60,392 nucleotides of DNA from Nannocystales bacterium (lineage in GTDB: Bacteria > Myxococcota_A > Polyangia > Nannocystales > Nannocystaceae): positions 271,042 through 331,433 of the forward strand of contig JBOEGF010000014.1 in assembly GCA_050633305.1 (NCBI GenBank). Direction: 5' to 3'. Under the pieces are notes generated by a model. It saw nothing but the letters and a program-made list of their open reading frames with translations, was not told the origin of the DNA and searched no databases. Below, one piece after another: positions 8,787 through 19,100 of the stretch (the first letter of the stretch is position 1; every line of letters starts with the position of its first letter). A program made the translations under genes and the position numbers.

Positions 8787-9593
8787 TTATGCCGGCTGCT
8801 CGGTCGACGCTTCGCCTTCGGACGAGACGACATCCGTGGTCGCGGGGAACTCACCGTCCTCGATACAGGACACTAGGTAGGCTCGAACTCGCTTGGCGAG
8901 CTTGGACGCGCTCTCGCCCTGGTACGGCGCGGTGTCGAACTGGGGTCCGACGAAGACATCCACGGTTTGGAACGCGCGGAAGAACCAGCCCATGTTCTTG
9001 TTGTTGACCTCGTAGAGGCCACGGACTGCGATGGGGACCACAGGCATCCCGGCGTTGACCGCCATGCGGAAGACACCCGTCCTGAATTGGCCCACGTCCC
9101 CGGTCATCGTGCGGTGCCCTTCGGGAAAGGTCAGGACCGACATCCCGATCGCTTTGCGGTTCTTCGCGGCGGCGCTGATGTCCTGGATCAGGGTCTCGCG
9201 CTTGGTTTTGTCGACAGGAATTCCTTTCGACAAGCTCATCAACCACCCGTAGATCGGGATCTTGAACTGCCAGGCGTTCATCAACCCCGAGAACGCGTGC
9301 GGGATGACCTTTGCGGCCAGCATGCCGTCGAGCAGGTTGATGTGGTTCTGGCCGAAGACGCTCCGAACCTCGGGGTCGAAGTCCGGGTGGTAGTGCACCC
9401 GTAAGCGGATCGTCGCGATGGGCAAGGTCGCGGAGAACAACGGCGCCGTCACCCAGCCGTGCACCTTCTGGTAGGGGAACCGAAGGAGCAGCAGGGGGAG
9501 CGTGATGAACGCACCCAGGCCCATGACCGCGAAGGCAGCAGTCCATACGGCGGCGCTGTAGAGCGCCTGGCCGATCTTGCCCAGCAGCTTCAT
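8787..9593 (-). CDS. plsC: 1-acyl-sn-glycerol-3-phosphate acyltransferase (PlsC family)
   Basis: NHINLLD (HxxxxD), FPEGHRT and VVPIAVRG motifs, with an N-terminal TM helix. Confidence 0.88.
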   Translation of the reverse strand: MKLLGKIGQALYSAAVWTAAFAVMGLGAFITLPLLLLRFPYQKVHGWVTAPLFSATLPIATIRLRVHYHPDFDPEVRSVFGQNHINLLDGMLAAKVIPHAFSGLMNAWQFKIPIYGWLMSLSKGIPVDKTKRETLIQDISAAAKNRKAIGMSVLTFPEGHRTMTGDVGQFRTGVFRMAVNAGMPVVPIAVRGLYEVNNKNMGWFFRAFQTVDVFVGPQFDTAPYQGESASKLAKRVRAYLVSCIEDGEFPATTDVVSSEGEASTEQPA

Positions 9594-9806
9594 CCGCCGG
9601 ACTGTAGGCGATTGCGCCGTCTCAACCGTGCGCGCCGAACGGGGGGGCGGCAGGTGGCTGTTATTGCCGGCGTTTTCCCGTTTTGACACCAGGTGCAACC
9701 CCAGGTTGGCGCGCGTCTCGGTGAGCGGTTCGAAAACTCGAGCCTGTTTCGGCAAAGCGGACGTACCGCGGAGAAGACCCGCACCTTCGGATCCGTCGGA
9801 GTGCAC

Positions 9807-10925
9807 GTGAAGGCAACGAACATCGCAGCGGTGCTCGTCGCGTTGGCGATTGCCGGCTGCGACACTCCAACTCCTCACGACGAAGCCAACGACTACGGCC
9901 CGGGGATCGTCGTCCCAAAGCCCGAGCCTCGCCCGGTTCCCACGCCTGAGGTGAAGGAGGAGGTCCCCGTCGAAGATGGTCCGAACTGCGGCGAGCAGAG
10001 CATCGTCTTCGACTTCGCCACGCCGCAGGTCATGCTCGTGCTCGACAAGTCAGGGTCGATGGCGTCCAACACCTGGGACCACGACCGCGACGATGCCACA
10101 GCCGAGATCACGCGATGGGCTTCGCTCCATCAGGTGGTCCAGAACGTCACGACCGATTTCGATGCGCGGATGGAGATGGGAGCCGTCTTGTTCCCGGCGA
10201 TCGACGCGCCCAACGAAAGCAACGCCTTGGCGTGCTCGATGGGCGAGGCACCGGACGCGGGGTTGTCTGCGATGGGTGGCGATGCGGTGCTCGGTTCACT
10301 TCCGGCCGCCGATTCGGCGAGCATCTTCGGTGGAACCCCGGCGACGGCAGGGGTCCGCATGGCTGCGGCCCACCTTCTAGACGTACAGAGCGAGCAGCCT
10401 CAGGCGATCGTGCTCATCACCGATGGCGCAGCCAACTGCGCTGAGGACTCCATCGGATCGGGCTTGTTTCTGCAGTACGACAGCGCGCTCCCCGTCGCGG
10501 CCGCGGAAGCGTTCGCCGCTGGGATTCCGGTCTACGTGGTCGGTATCGATATCGAAGATGAGCTGCTGGAGCTTCCCGTCGCCAACCCTTGGGAACGGCT
10601 CAGCGAAGTCGCCGACTACGGAGGCGTTCCTCGCGACGGTGACGTCCCGTTCTACGATGTGTTCGACGAAGTCGAACTCGACGCTGCGCTGGCGTCGATC
10701 GCTGAGGAGGTCAGCTGTGCTGTACCTGTTCCCGAGCACTTTGATTCCGCTCGGGTCGAATTGACCATCGATGGCGCTCCGATCCTGGCTTCGGATTCCT
10801 GTGAGGCGGGGGAGGGGTGGATCGCGGACAGTCCCGGGCAGCTCCGGCTGTGCCCCGACACTTGTCTTGCGGCCCAGACCGGAACGACTGTGGAGGCCAC
10901 CATGAGCTGCATCCCGGAGGGCTGA
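9807..10925 (+). CDS. vWA-domain Cys-rich lipoprotein (myxobacterial type)
   Basis: Lipobox IAGC, MIDAS motif LDKSGSM, GGTP, LITDG, VYVVG, and a Cys-rich tail. Confidence 0.88.
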   Translation: MKATNIAAVLVALAIAGCDTPTPHDEANDYGPGIVVPKPEPRPVPTPEVKEEVPVEDGPNCGEQSIVFDFATPQVMLVLDKSGSMASNTWDHDRDDATAEITRWASLHQVVQNVTTDFDARMEMGAVLFPAIDAPNESNALACSMGEAPDAGLSAMGGDAVLGSLPAADSASIFGGTPATAGVRMAAAHLLDVQSEQPQAIVLITDGAANCAEDSIGSGLFLQYDSALPVAAAEAFAAGIPVYVVGIDIEDELLELPVANPWERLSEVADYGGVPRDGDVPFYDVFDEVELDAALASIAEEVSCAVPVPEHFDSARVELTIDGAPILASDSCEAGEGWIADSPGQLRLCPDTCLAAQTGTTVEATMSCIPEG

Positions 10926-11005
10926 GCCCGTTTCGCGTGCCTAACTGCCCACGTTTTGTTCCGCCACATGGCCAGCGTTGCTCCAGGCTGCTAGCTTGTC
11001 AGCGG

Positions 11006-11623
11006 GTGGCGGACGACGCAGAGCTACTGGAGCAGTGGCGGGCGGGCGACCGCAAGGCCGGCGAGGCCCTCTTCGACCGTCATTTCGACGCCGTCGCGCG
11101 GTTCTTTCGCAACAAGGTCGATCGCGGGATCGACGATCTCATCCAGCGGACGTTCCTTGCGTGTGTGGAGTCCCGCGATCGTTTTCGCGGTGACTCCAGC
11201 TTTCGGACCTACGTTTTCGCGGTCGCGCACAACGTGCTGGGCAAGCACTACCGGAGCAAGCGGCGGCACGGCGACAAGATCGACTTTGGTGTCACGTCGG
11301 TGCACGACATCGCCCCGTCGCCCAGCATGATCGTCGCCAAGCACCGGGAGCAGCAGCTCCTCCTTCAGGCGCTGCGACAGATCCCGCTCGACCTCCAGGT
11401 TGTGCTCGAGCTGTACTACTGGGAGCGGCTCCCTGCCAACCAGGTCGCCGAGGTTGTCGGTGTCCCCGAGGGCACCGCGCGCACCCGGATTCGGCGCGCC
11501 AAGCAGCTTCTCGAGCAAGAGATGGCGAAGATCGCCAACAACCCCAAGGACCTCACGTCCACCTTGGTCAACCTCGAGGACTGGGCCGCCGACTTGCGCG
11601 AGCACCTGCTCGACGAGAAATAG
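11006..11623 (+). CDS. ECF RNA polymerase sigma factor
   Basis: DAELLEQWRAGD...DDLIQRTFL...SFRTYVFAVAHN (region 2) and VAEVVGVPEGTARTRIRRAK (region 4). Confidence 0.92.
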   Translation: MADDAELLEQWRAGDRKAGEALFDRHFDAVARFFRNKVDRGIDDLIQRTFLACVESRDRFRGDSSFRTYVFAVAHNVLGKHYRSKRRHGDKIDFGVTSVHDIAPSPSMIVAKHREQQLLLQALRQIPLDLQVVLELYYWERLPANQVAEVVGVPEGTARTRIRRAKQLLEQEMAKIANNPKDLTSTLVNLEDWAADLREHLLDEK

Positions 11624-11638
11624 GGCGGGGGCCGTTTT

Positions 11639-12535
11639 CTAGCCGGCGCGCGCAAGAAGTTCGGGGGCTGCGATCCCGACGAACGCCCGGAACCGATGGT
11701 TCGGATAGGCCGCGATGATCTGCTCCTCGAGTGTCTTGGCGGCGGCCGCTCCCAGTCCCGCATTCGCGACGGCGTCGGCGCGTGCGGCCGCCTCGCGCAG
11801 GTAGGCGCTCTGTTCCGCCACAAGCCCCCTTCCTCCTGAGGGACCCCGCCCCGGGTGGACGAAGTCGATCCCCATGGCTTCGAGCTCCCCGAGTCGGGCC
11901 TGCCAGCGGTCGAGCATCCCGAGTTCCATCCAGCTGTGTGCGCCGTTTGCCACGAGGTCGCCGACGAACGCGTGGTTGTTCCACTGGACCACCACGTGGT
12001 GTGCACCGCAGCCCGCACCCAGGACGTGCAGCGTCAGCTCCAATCCTGCTCTTCGAAGGGTGGTGGTTGTGTCACCGAAGGCATCCGGTGCTGCGGGAAT
12101 TCGGGGGAAGTCGGGCGCATAGCGGTCTCCGAATGCCCGCAATCGCTGCGCATGAACGGCCGGGATTGCGGCCCGCACTTGGGTCGAGGTCAGTACCTCG
12201 ACGCCCCGAGCCTGAAACGTCGACGTCCCGTTGAACTTGTCCGGGTTCGGGTGAAGCACAACGGCGGCGACGACCGGTTTTCCGGTGACGGCCTCCGCCG
12301 CATCGAGCACCGACTCGGCTTCGCTGGCGAGGAACTGGGTGTCGAACACGACGACCCCCTCGTCCCCCTCGACCCAATAGGAGGCAGTGGAGAACGACCA
12401 CGGGGTGGACTCGTACCGCCCCACGCTGGGCGAGGGGCTCGACGTTCGCGCGGGCGCAACAGAAACGCGGGCCCGCGTCGCGCAGCCTGATGCGAGACAC
12501 GCTCCACTCCCGAACAAGACTTGGCGTCGCAACAT
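11639..12535 (-). CDS. Metallo-beta-lactamase-fold protein with degenerate metal ligands, probably exported
   Basis: VVVFDTQF, LHPNPDKFNG (for HxHxDH), FVGDLV, HPGRG. N-terminal RR...LASGC signal. Confidence 0.8.
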   Translation of the reverse strand: MLRRQVLFGSGACLASGCATRARVSVAPARTSSPSPSVGRYESTPWSFSTASYWVEGDEGVVVFDTQFLASEAESVLDAAEAVTGKPVVAAVVLHPNPDKFNGTSTFQARGVEVLTSTQVRAAIPAVHAQRLRAFGDRYAPDFPRIPAAPDAFGDTTTTLRRAGLELTLHVLGAGCGAHHVVVQWNNHAFVGDLVANGAHSWMELGMLDRWQARLGELEAMGIDFVHPGRGPSGGRGLVAEQSAYLREAAARADAVANAGLGAAAAKTLEEQIIAAYPNHRFRAFVGIAAPELLARAG

Positions 12536-12608
12536 GACCCCGTTCTTAGCGACATTCCGAGAAGCGTTCGACGCACATTCGGCCAGATACTTGCTATTTT
12601 CCGCCACG

Positions 12609-13388
12609 ATGCGTGTCGACGTTGATCGAAGCCGGGCGCGCTGTTTCGGCCTCGCTGAAGACGTGCGGGAACTCGACGCGCGCTGGCATCGGCATCGTAA
12701 GCACCAGCTTCTGTATGCGGTTCGGGGCAGCATGCGGTTGTGGGTCGAGGATGCGATGTGGCTGCTTCCTCCGGGCCGCGCGGCGTGGCTGCCTGCGGGG
12801 GCCCGGCATCGCGTGACGTCAGGGCCGCTCTCCTTGCGAACGGTCTATCTGCACCCCGAGCTCATCGGTGGCTTTCCCGCGCAAACGAGCGTGTTCACGG
12901 TCGACTCGCTGGCAGCCGAGATGATCCAGCATGCGATGCGGTGGGGACCACGGCACCGCATCACGCCGCTGAGTCGGGCCTTCTTCGAGACGTTCGCCAG
13001 ACTCTGTCTCGAGTGGACAGAGTCCTCGCTTCCTCTTCGGCTTCCCGTGGCCCGATCGGAGGCCCTGCAGGTTGCGATGGATTGGACGCTCGTGAACCTC
13101 GAGCGGCATCCCACCGCGGCCCGGGCGGCTCGGGCCGCGGCCCTCAGCCCGAGAACCCTCGCCCGTCGCTTCGCGGAGGAGACGAAGACAACCTGGCGCC
13201 GGTACCTTCATGACGCACGCATGATCGAGGCCGCTCATCGTCTCGGCCTCCCCGCCGCGACAGTCGGAGAGGTTGCGAATGCGCTCGGCTTCGAGAGCGT
13301 CTCGGCCTTCAGCCGCGCATTCAAGGCGTTCACGGGCCAAACCCCTCGCCAGATGCTCGCCCGCCATCCAGCGCCGCAGCGCAACTGA
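12609..13388 (+). CDS. AraC family transcriptional regulator with N-terminal cupin domain
   Basis: WHRHRKHQLLY...WLPAGARH cupin. C-terminal SPRTLARRF and VANALGFESVSAFSRAFKAFTGQTP. Divergent from the MBL-fold gene. Confidence 0.92.
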   Translation: MRVDVDRSRARCFGLAEDVRELDARWHRHRKHQLLYAVRGSMRLWVEDAMWLLPPGRAAWLPAGARHRVTSGPLSLRTVYLHPELIGGFPAQTSVFTVDSLAAEMIQHAMRWGPRHRITPLSRAFFETFARLCLEWTESSLPLRLPVARSEALQVAMDWTLVNLERHPTAARAARAAALSPRTLARRFAEETKTTWRRYLHDARMIEAAHRLGLPAATVGEVANALGFESVSAFSRAFKAFTGQTPRQMLARHPAPQRN

Positions 13389-13525
13389 ATCCCGCCGCCA
13401 AAGGAGACCCTCGCTGCTACGCCCCTGCGTCGTAGGTTCCCACGGGTCGCCCTCCGTTCCCAGGGCCTGAGCTTCGTTCGACGCAAGCCCAGACAAGCCC
13501 GCGACGTTTCGCTATCGTCCGCTCC

Positions 13526-14242
13526 GTGGAGCTGATCCGCATCTCCAGAAAACTCGCCGACGCTTGCGACACGCTCTCTTTTCGAGAGCCGGTCACACAC
13601 GTCTACAACCCTCTCCGCTACGCGCAGGCCTCGGTCGAGCAGTACCTCACCAAGTACGGGAAGAAGACCGGACGGGTCGTGTTCCTCGGCATGAACCCTG
13701 GGCCCTGGGGCATGGCGCAGACCGGCGTGCCGTTTGGCGAGGTGTCCTTTGTGCGCGACTGGATGAAGCTCGACGCCAAGGTCGACAAGCCCGAGCACGA
13801 GCACCCCAAGAGACCGGTGCTGGGCCTCGAGTGCCAGCGTAGCGAGGTCAGTGGTGCACGCATGTGGGGCTGGGCCAAGGAGCGCTTCGGCCCTGCGCGT
13901 AGCTTCTTCTCTCGCTTCTTCGTGCTCAACTACTGCCCGCTGTCCTTCATGGAAGAAGGCGGCCGCAACGTGACGCCAGACAAGCTCCCCAAGGATGAGC
14001 GCACGCCGTTGTTCGAGATCTGCAACGAAGCCCTCGGCGAGACGATCGACGCGCTGGCGCCAAAGATGATCGTGGGCGTGGGTGCGTTCGCCAGAAAACA
14101 GGCCGAGCGAGTTGTGGGCGACCGAGGCATTGAGATCGGGCAGATGCTCCATCCGAGCCCCGCGAGCCCCAAGGCCAACCGGGGCTGGGCGCCCGCCGCA
14201 GAAGCGGACCTTCGCGGTCTTGGAATTGAGCTGCCGGAATGA
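13526..14242 (+). CDS. SMUG1-type single-strand-selective monofunctional uracil-DNA glycosylase
   Basis: VYNPLRYA, GMNPGPWGMAQTGVPFGE, RSEVSGAR, NYCPL and HPSPASP, all SMUG1 motifs. Confidence 0.93.
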   Translation: MELIRISRKLADACDTLSFREPVTHVYNPLRYAQASVEQYLTKYGKKTGRVVFLGMNPGPWGMAQTGVPFGEVSFVRDWMKLDAKVDKPEHEHPKRPVLGLECQRSEVSGARMWGWAKERFGPARSFFSRFFVLNYCPLSFMEEGGRNVTPDKLPKDERTPLFEICNEALGETIDALAPKMIVGVGAFARKQAERVVGDRGIEIGQMLHPSPASPKANRGWAPAAEADLRGLGIELPE

Positions 14243-14682
14243 GCGTCGACGTCGTCACCGAGATCGAGCTCAACGCGTCGGTTCATGAAGTCTCCACCTA
14301 CGTGGCCGACCCGGACAACGCACCGAACTGGTACGAGAAGATCGAGTCGATCGAGTGGGTCAGTGCGCCGCCGCTCGCCCTGGGCTCGAAGATGAAGTTC
14401 GTCGCTCACTTTCTGGGGCGGCGTCTCGTCTACACATACGAGGTTGTCGAGTACAAAGCCGGCCGTAAGCTTGTCATGCGAACCGCAGAGGGGCCGTTTC
14501 CGATGGAGACCACCTACCTCTGGGAGAAACTCCCCGGCGATCGCACCCGGATGACCCTACGGAACCGCGGCCAGCCGACAGGCTTCTCAAAGCTGATGGC
14601 GCCGCTGATGCGTGGTGCCATGCGCAAAGCCAACGAAGAGGATCTTCGCGCGCTGAAGGTCCTCTTCGAAGGTTCCGGCTGA
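14239..14682 (+). CDS. SRPBCC/polyketide cyclase-dehydrase family protein
   Basis: YVADPDNAPNWY...FLGRRLVYTYEV...GPFPMETTY. ATGA overlap with the SMUG1 gene. Confidence 0.88.
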   Translation: MSVDVVTEIELNASVHEVSTYVADPDNAPNWYEKIESIEWVSAPPLALGSKMKFVAHFLGRRLVYTYEVVEYKAGRKLVMRTAEGPFPMETTYLWEKLPGDRTRMTLRNRGQPTGFSKLMAPLMRGAMRKANEEDLRALKVLFEGSG

Positions 14683-14732
14683 GCGCCGCGGAGCTACGGG
14701 CAGGTACACGTTCGGGTTCGCTGGACCTTCTC

Positions 14733-15200
14733 GTGTACGGGGCACTCATTGCGTGCGTCGCCGAACTCGCCCGGGCGCAGGATCGCTTGGCTCGCGTGCA
14801 CGAGTACATCGAAGAGGCACTGGCCCTCATCAAGAGCACCGCACCGGTCGCGCTGCGGATCCGGGCGGTCGGGGCCTCTCTCCTCGCGGAACAAGGCCGG
14901 GTGAACGAAGCCCGCGTGCTCTTGGAGTTCCAGGCCCGGCGCTCCCTCGGACGAGCCAGCGACGCAGGCAAGGCCGAGCTCATCCTGAAGACCGACTCCT
15001 GCACCATCGAGTGGAGCGGAACGTCGCTCGACTGTCCGAGGCGTCCCGTCCTGTGGCGGCTTTTCCTCGGACCGTGTGAGCAGGCGCAGGGACTCCAGGC
15101 TGCTGTGCTCATCGAGTGCATCTGGAAGGGAGAGCCGGTGCCCCTCGCTCATCGAACTTGTGGATGGGGTGTACCGGCTGAGTGTTCCCCAACTCCACAA
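14733..15200 (+). pseudogene. Remnant of a TPR/winged-helix regulator-like gene
   Basis: An alpha-helical Ala/Leu-rich segment, then LDCPRRPVLWRLFL...LIECIWKGE, with LIELVDGVYRL in another frame. No clear start, and the ORF overruns the convergent gene. Confidence 0.35.
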
Positions 15201-15718
15201 CCCTCGAGCCACTCCGTCGCACGGGCGTGCGACCGAAGCCGCACGAAGTCGATGTGGCTCCACGCAAGATCCGCTCGCGCGTCGTCGAACCGCGTTCGGT
15301 TGACGGAGTAGCGGTTCCAGCTCCACAGGACGACGTTGTTCTCCGGATTCGGAGAGAACAGCGCGCGCAGCGACTCGCGGTTTCCGTTCCACAGTTCAGT
15401 CCTGCGAATCGCTCGACTCAAGGAGCGCAAGATCAGTTGGCGCATGACCGTCGGGCGCGGGAGGTCCAAGAAGACAACGGTGTCCGCCCGCTTCCAGATC
15501 ACATCCCGCGCCTTGGTGTAGTTGCCATCGATCACCCAGGCATCGCCCGCCACAAACCGGCTGATCTCGTCGCGGAAGTCTTCCAGCGGGCGCGGCTGCC
15601 ATCTGGGAAGATGGTGAATCGCATCGAGTTCCAGACGAGGGACGCCGGTCCGGCGCGCGATCGCAGCGGCAAGCGTCGACTTCCCTGACCCACTGGATCC
15701 GACCACGTTGACTCGCAC
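15149..15718 (-). CDS. P-loop kinase, adenylate kinase-like/topology modulation protein (FlaR-like) family
   Basis: VNVVGSSGSGKST Walker A, ELDAIHH, WVIDGNY, ADTVVFLDLP, ELWNGNRE. Confidence 0.88.
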   Translation of the reverse strand: MRVNVVGSSGSGKSTLAAAIARRTGVPRLELDAIHHLPRWQPRPLEDFRDEISRFVAGDAWVIDGNYTKARDVIWKRADTVVFLDLPRPTVMRQLILRSLSRAIRRTELWNGNRESLRALFSPNPENNVVLWSWNRYSVNRTRFDDARADLAWSHIDFVRLRSHARATEWLEGCGVGEHSAGTPHPQVR

Positions 15719-15892
15719 TGCCGTACGCTCGCACGCTTCGCCGCCGACCCCAACCGGGAGTGGTCGTATGATCCGTCTTCGGGACAAACCCCCTCCGCAG
15801 GAACCGCGCATCGCGGCGGCGGATCTTCTCGTCCAAGGGACCCTCTGAAAAACTCGCAATCGTTCTCGGCGTGACGGGTACTCTCAAACCGG

Positions 15893-16090
15893 GTGAATCA
15901 GCTATACCGCTCGCTTCAAGACCGCTTGTTTCTCGGGGTCTGCGGTGGGCTCGCGGAGCGCTACGGATGGGATCCCACGTGCGTCCGACTTGCCTGTGTC
16001 CTTCGCGTGTTCGCGGGGGCGCCGGGCATCGTGGCGTATTCGGTGCTCGCTCTGGTCATGCCGCGCCGTCAGCTCCCGGCCGCCGCGTAG
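15893..16090 (+). CDS. PspC domain protein
   Basis: LYRSLQDRLFLGVCGGLAERYGWDPTCVRL...AYSVLALVMP, a PspC signature. Confidence 0.88.
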   Translation: MNQLYRSLQDRLFLGVCGGLAERYGWDPTCVRLACVLRVFAGAPGIVAYSVLALVMPRRQLPAAA

Positions 16091-16186
16091 ACGCGCCGTT
16101 TGCCCGGTTGGCCAGCGCAGACGCCGGCTCACTTCAGTCGACCGATATTCGGACCGCTGAGGGTCGGAGCCATCGCGAACCGAGAG

Positions 16187-19100
16187 TCACGCGAGCCATT
16201 GGCCTTCGTCCGAGTCGCGAATCGCGTCGACACACGCAGCGCAGAAGCGGGAGCGGTGATGGGCCGCGCTGCGTGTGTGGTACATGACGCACGGGACGTC
16301 ATTGCCGTGACCATCGGGGTCCGTGAGAGCAATGGGCACCTTGACCTGACCTCCGACGCCGTCAGCCGGGATACCGTAATTCACCGCGAGGTCGTTCGCG
16401 ACGTTGGTGGTGTTGTGACCACAATGATCTCCCTCCCCACCGTAGGTCTGGTCGTAGTGGAGGTTGGCGTTCGTGGGCACCATTCCCAGGCAGTGCCCGA
16501 TCTCATGCATCAACAACACCAGTGTGGAGCGCCGAGCGGCCGCCGTCCCGTTGGTGCCTGAGAGATAGTTCGTGTTCACGAAGATGTTCTTGCCATCCCG
16601 GTTTCCGCCCAGCTCTTGCACCACTCGTACCTTCAAACGTAGGTCCGCATGTTGTTGCAGAGCCTCGTTTCCTTGAACGGGGACCGTGACCAACGCGCGA
16701 TGGTCGTTGACCCGCCGTACCCGGAACGTCTGCGTCGGAATGTCACCGATTCGCAACTCTTCGATGATGTGGTCGAGACGATGGGGAAGCACGATGCGCT
16801 GCTCTGGGTGTCGTAGCTGGATCCTGCAGGTCCACGCATCCTGGTCCTGCGCGATGTCGAGGAGCTCCGACTGGTAGGGACACGGCCCCCCGAAGGGCGG
16901 CTGATACGTGTCCGGGTTCGGCGTCGCCCACCTGGGGTTGTCCTCGTCGTCGTGCTCGACGTCCGGATGCCAGGTGACGTTGTGTAGCTCGGCACCGAGC
17001 GGTGTCGCAGACTGGCTCGCCAAAATGATGCGAATATGCCGCGGCGCATGGGTCAACCCATGTTGGAGGTCCACGATGTTCTTCCAGTTCCAGCGCGCGA
17101 TCTTCTGATCGGTGACGTAGGTGTGAATCTCGGATGGAATCCGGATCGGGGGCTCGGCCTCGATCAGGTCCACGTTCGACGCCGCGAACGTCTGCTTGAG
17201 CTCGGCTTTGACCGCGTCGTACAGCGCTTGCCCTTCATCGTCCATGCAGAACACGGAGTAGTAGAGCCTTCGCTCCGCCTCGATATCGTCCGACACCGCT
17301 GGGCCCCCGACACGTGGGTCGGTCCCGTTCTGCGCGACGACGTTGTCGAACACGGCGAAGTAGGCTCGTAGGGGGTTGACGATGCCCTTTGCCAAGCAAT
17401 GACCCTCGAAACCTCGCGTGTAGTCTGACGTGTCGATCAGTACCCGCTTCGTCGCGTTGGACGTGGTCGCCGCCCGAAGCAGCTTGAGCTTGGCGGCGAT
17501 GTTCGCAACCACCGGCAGCCCGAACGACACCCCCTTGTCTCCCGCGAGCCCCGTGTAGTCATTCTGGGCAGCAAGAACCTCCTGGTAGGTCGGGACCACT
17601 CCCTTGACCTGCATCTCATCGATGATCTCGCGGTTGATCGTGTCGCGGTGGCGCCGGTTGACCAAGACGATCCGACCCCAAATGTCGTCGTCCCAGGCGT
17701 CGTCGACGTTCACGTTGCCGATGTTCTGATCGGGCAACGCGACCGTCAGAGCCTGCAGAAACCGCACCCAACCCAAAACGGTGTCGCAGTTGGCAACGAG
17801 ATCATCGTCGGGCCAATCCCAATCATCGAGCAGTGCAAGCACGTTGTCGTACCCACCCCGTAGCGCCACCAGGGGGTTTGCGTGGAGCTGGGTACGGTTG
17901 CGGAATTCCTGCAACTGTAGCCTCTGCCGTTCGCTGAGCTTCTGCGCGCGCTCTCGCCGTTCGAGGTCGGGCAGGACCATGTTGCGCTCGACCATGTTCA
18001 GCTGGCCCTGCACCATGTTGGGCTCGTTCGCGAGCCGTTGACGGCACTGCTGCAGACGTGTTCTCAGAGACGTGCGAAAGCGATGGATCTGTGGCAAGCG
18101 GAACGCTTCGAGCAACGTCTTCGGCGTGTAGAGTTCGGTCTGGTCCGAAGGCACCATCACATCGATGCCCGGCCCATACCCCCGCGATGCGTGCTTGCTT
18201 CCGTTTTGCATGCACCCCCCGACGAAGAGGGTGTTGTGCGGATTCCGGGGTACCTCCGCCTCGCCCACAGTCGACCGCTGAATGTGTGCGTTTCGGATCT
18301 CGTTCCAGAAGAAGGGAAACGAACACTGCTCGTTGCTACCCGTTGCCAAAAAGAGGACCTGGTTCCGAACATTGTTGTGATTGACCACGGCCTGCACGGC
18401 GTCCTCACGGAACGGTAGGATCTTGCTGCAGTTGACGACACACACGCCTTGGTCCGCCGCCCAGTTGAACGCTCGTGCGGTCGCAGCGGGCGTGATGGCG
18501 CCCAGCGTTTGCCCCTTCTGCACCATGAGGTCGAGGATCTTGATGTCGCCGGATCCGTAGGAGGCCTGGGCAGCAACGTTGGTTCCGTGCTTCGATGGTT
18601 CGTCTAGCAGGAGATCTCCGTCGTCCACGGTCACGCGGTCTCGGTCGCCATCCTCCTCGTTGTCGTCATCTCCGGGGTTGGGGATGCTGTGAAAGTACTT
18701 GGCCCCGACCATTCGGGGCTTGAGATAGTTCCCATCCAGCTCGTCGTCGAATACTCCGGTGTCGCAGACGCCAATCTTCGCCTCGTCGGCTTTGACATCG
18801 TCGGAAGAGGCGTCCTGAATCAGGCTAAACCAGGCGTCGTCGCCTGCAAACGCGTCGGCGTTCGCCATGGAAAACGCAGCGAACGCGCCCACGGGGTTGG
18901 CCGGCGCGGTCACGTTGACCCTCAGCACCGACCGATGCAGAAGCACGCCGTCTCGTCCAAGCAGCGTGGCCTCGATGAGCTCCGGGCCGTTGCCGGTCTC
19001 GAGCCCCACCACGGTGAACTCTCGCATCAGCTTGTACTGCCAACGGATCTTCCAGCGCGCCTCGTCGCACGGGAGCACGGTTGCACCGGTCTCCAGGTCC

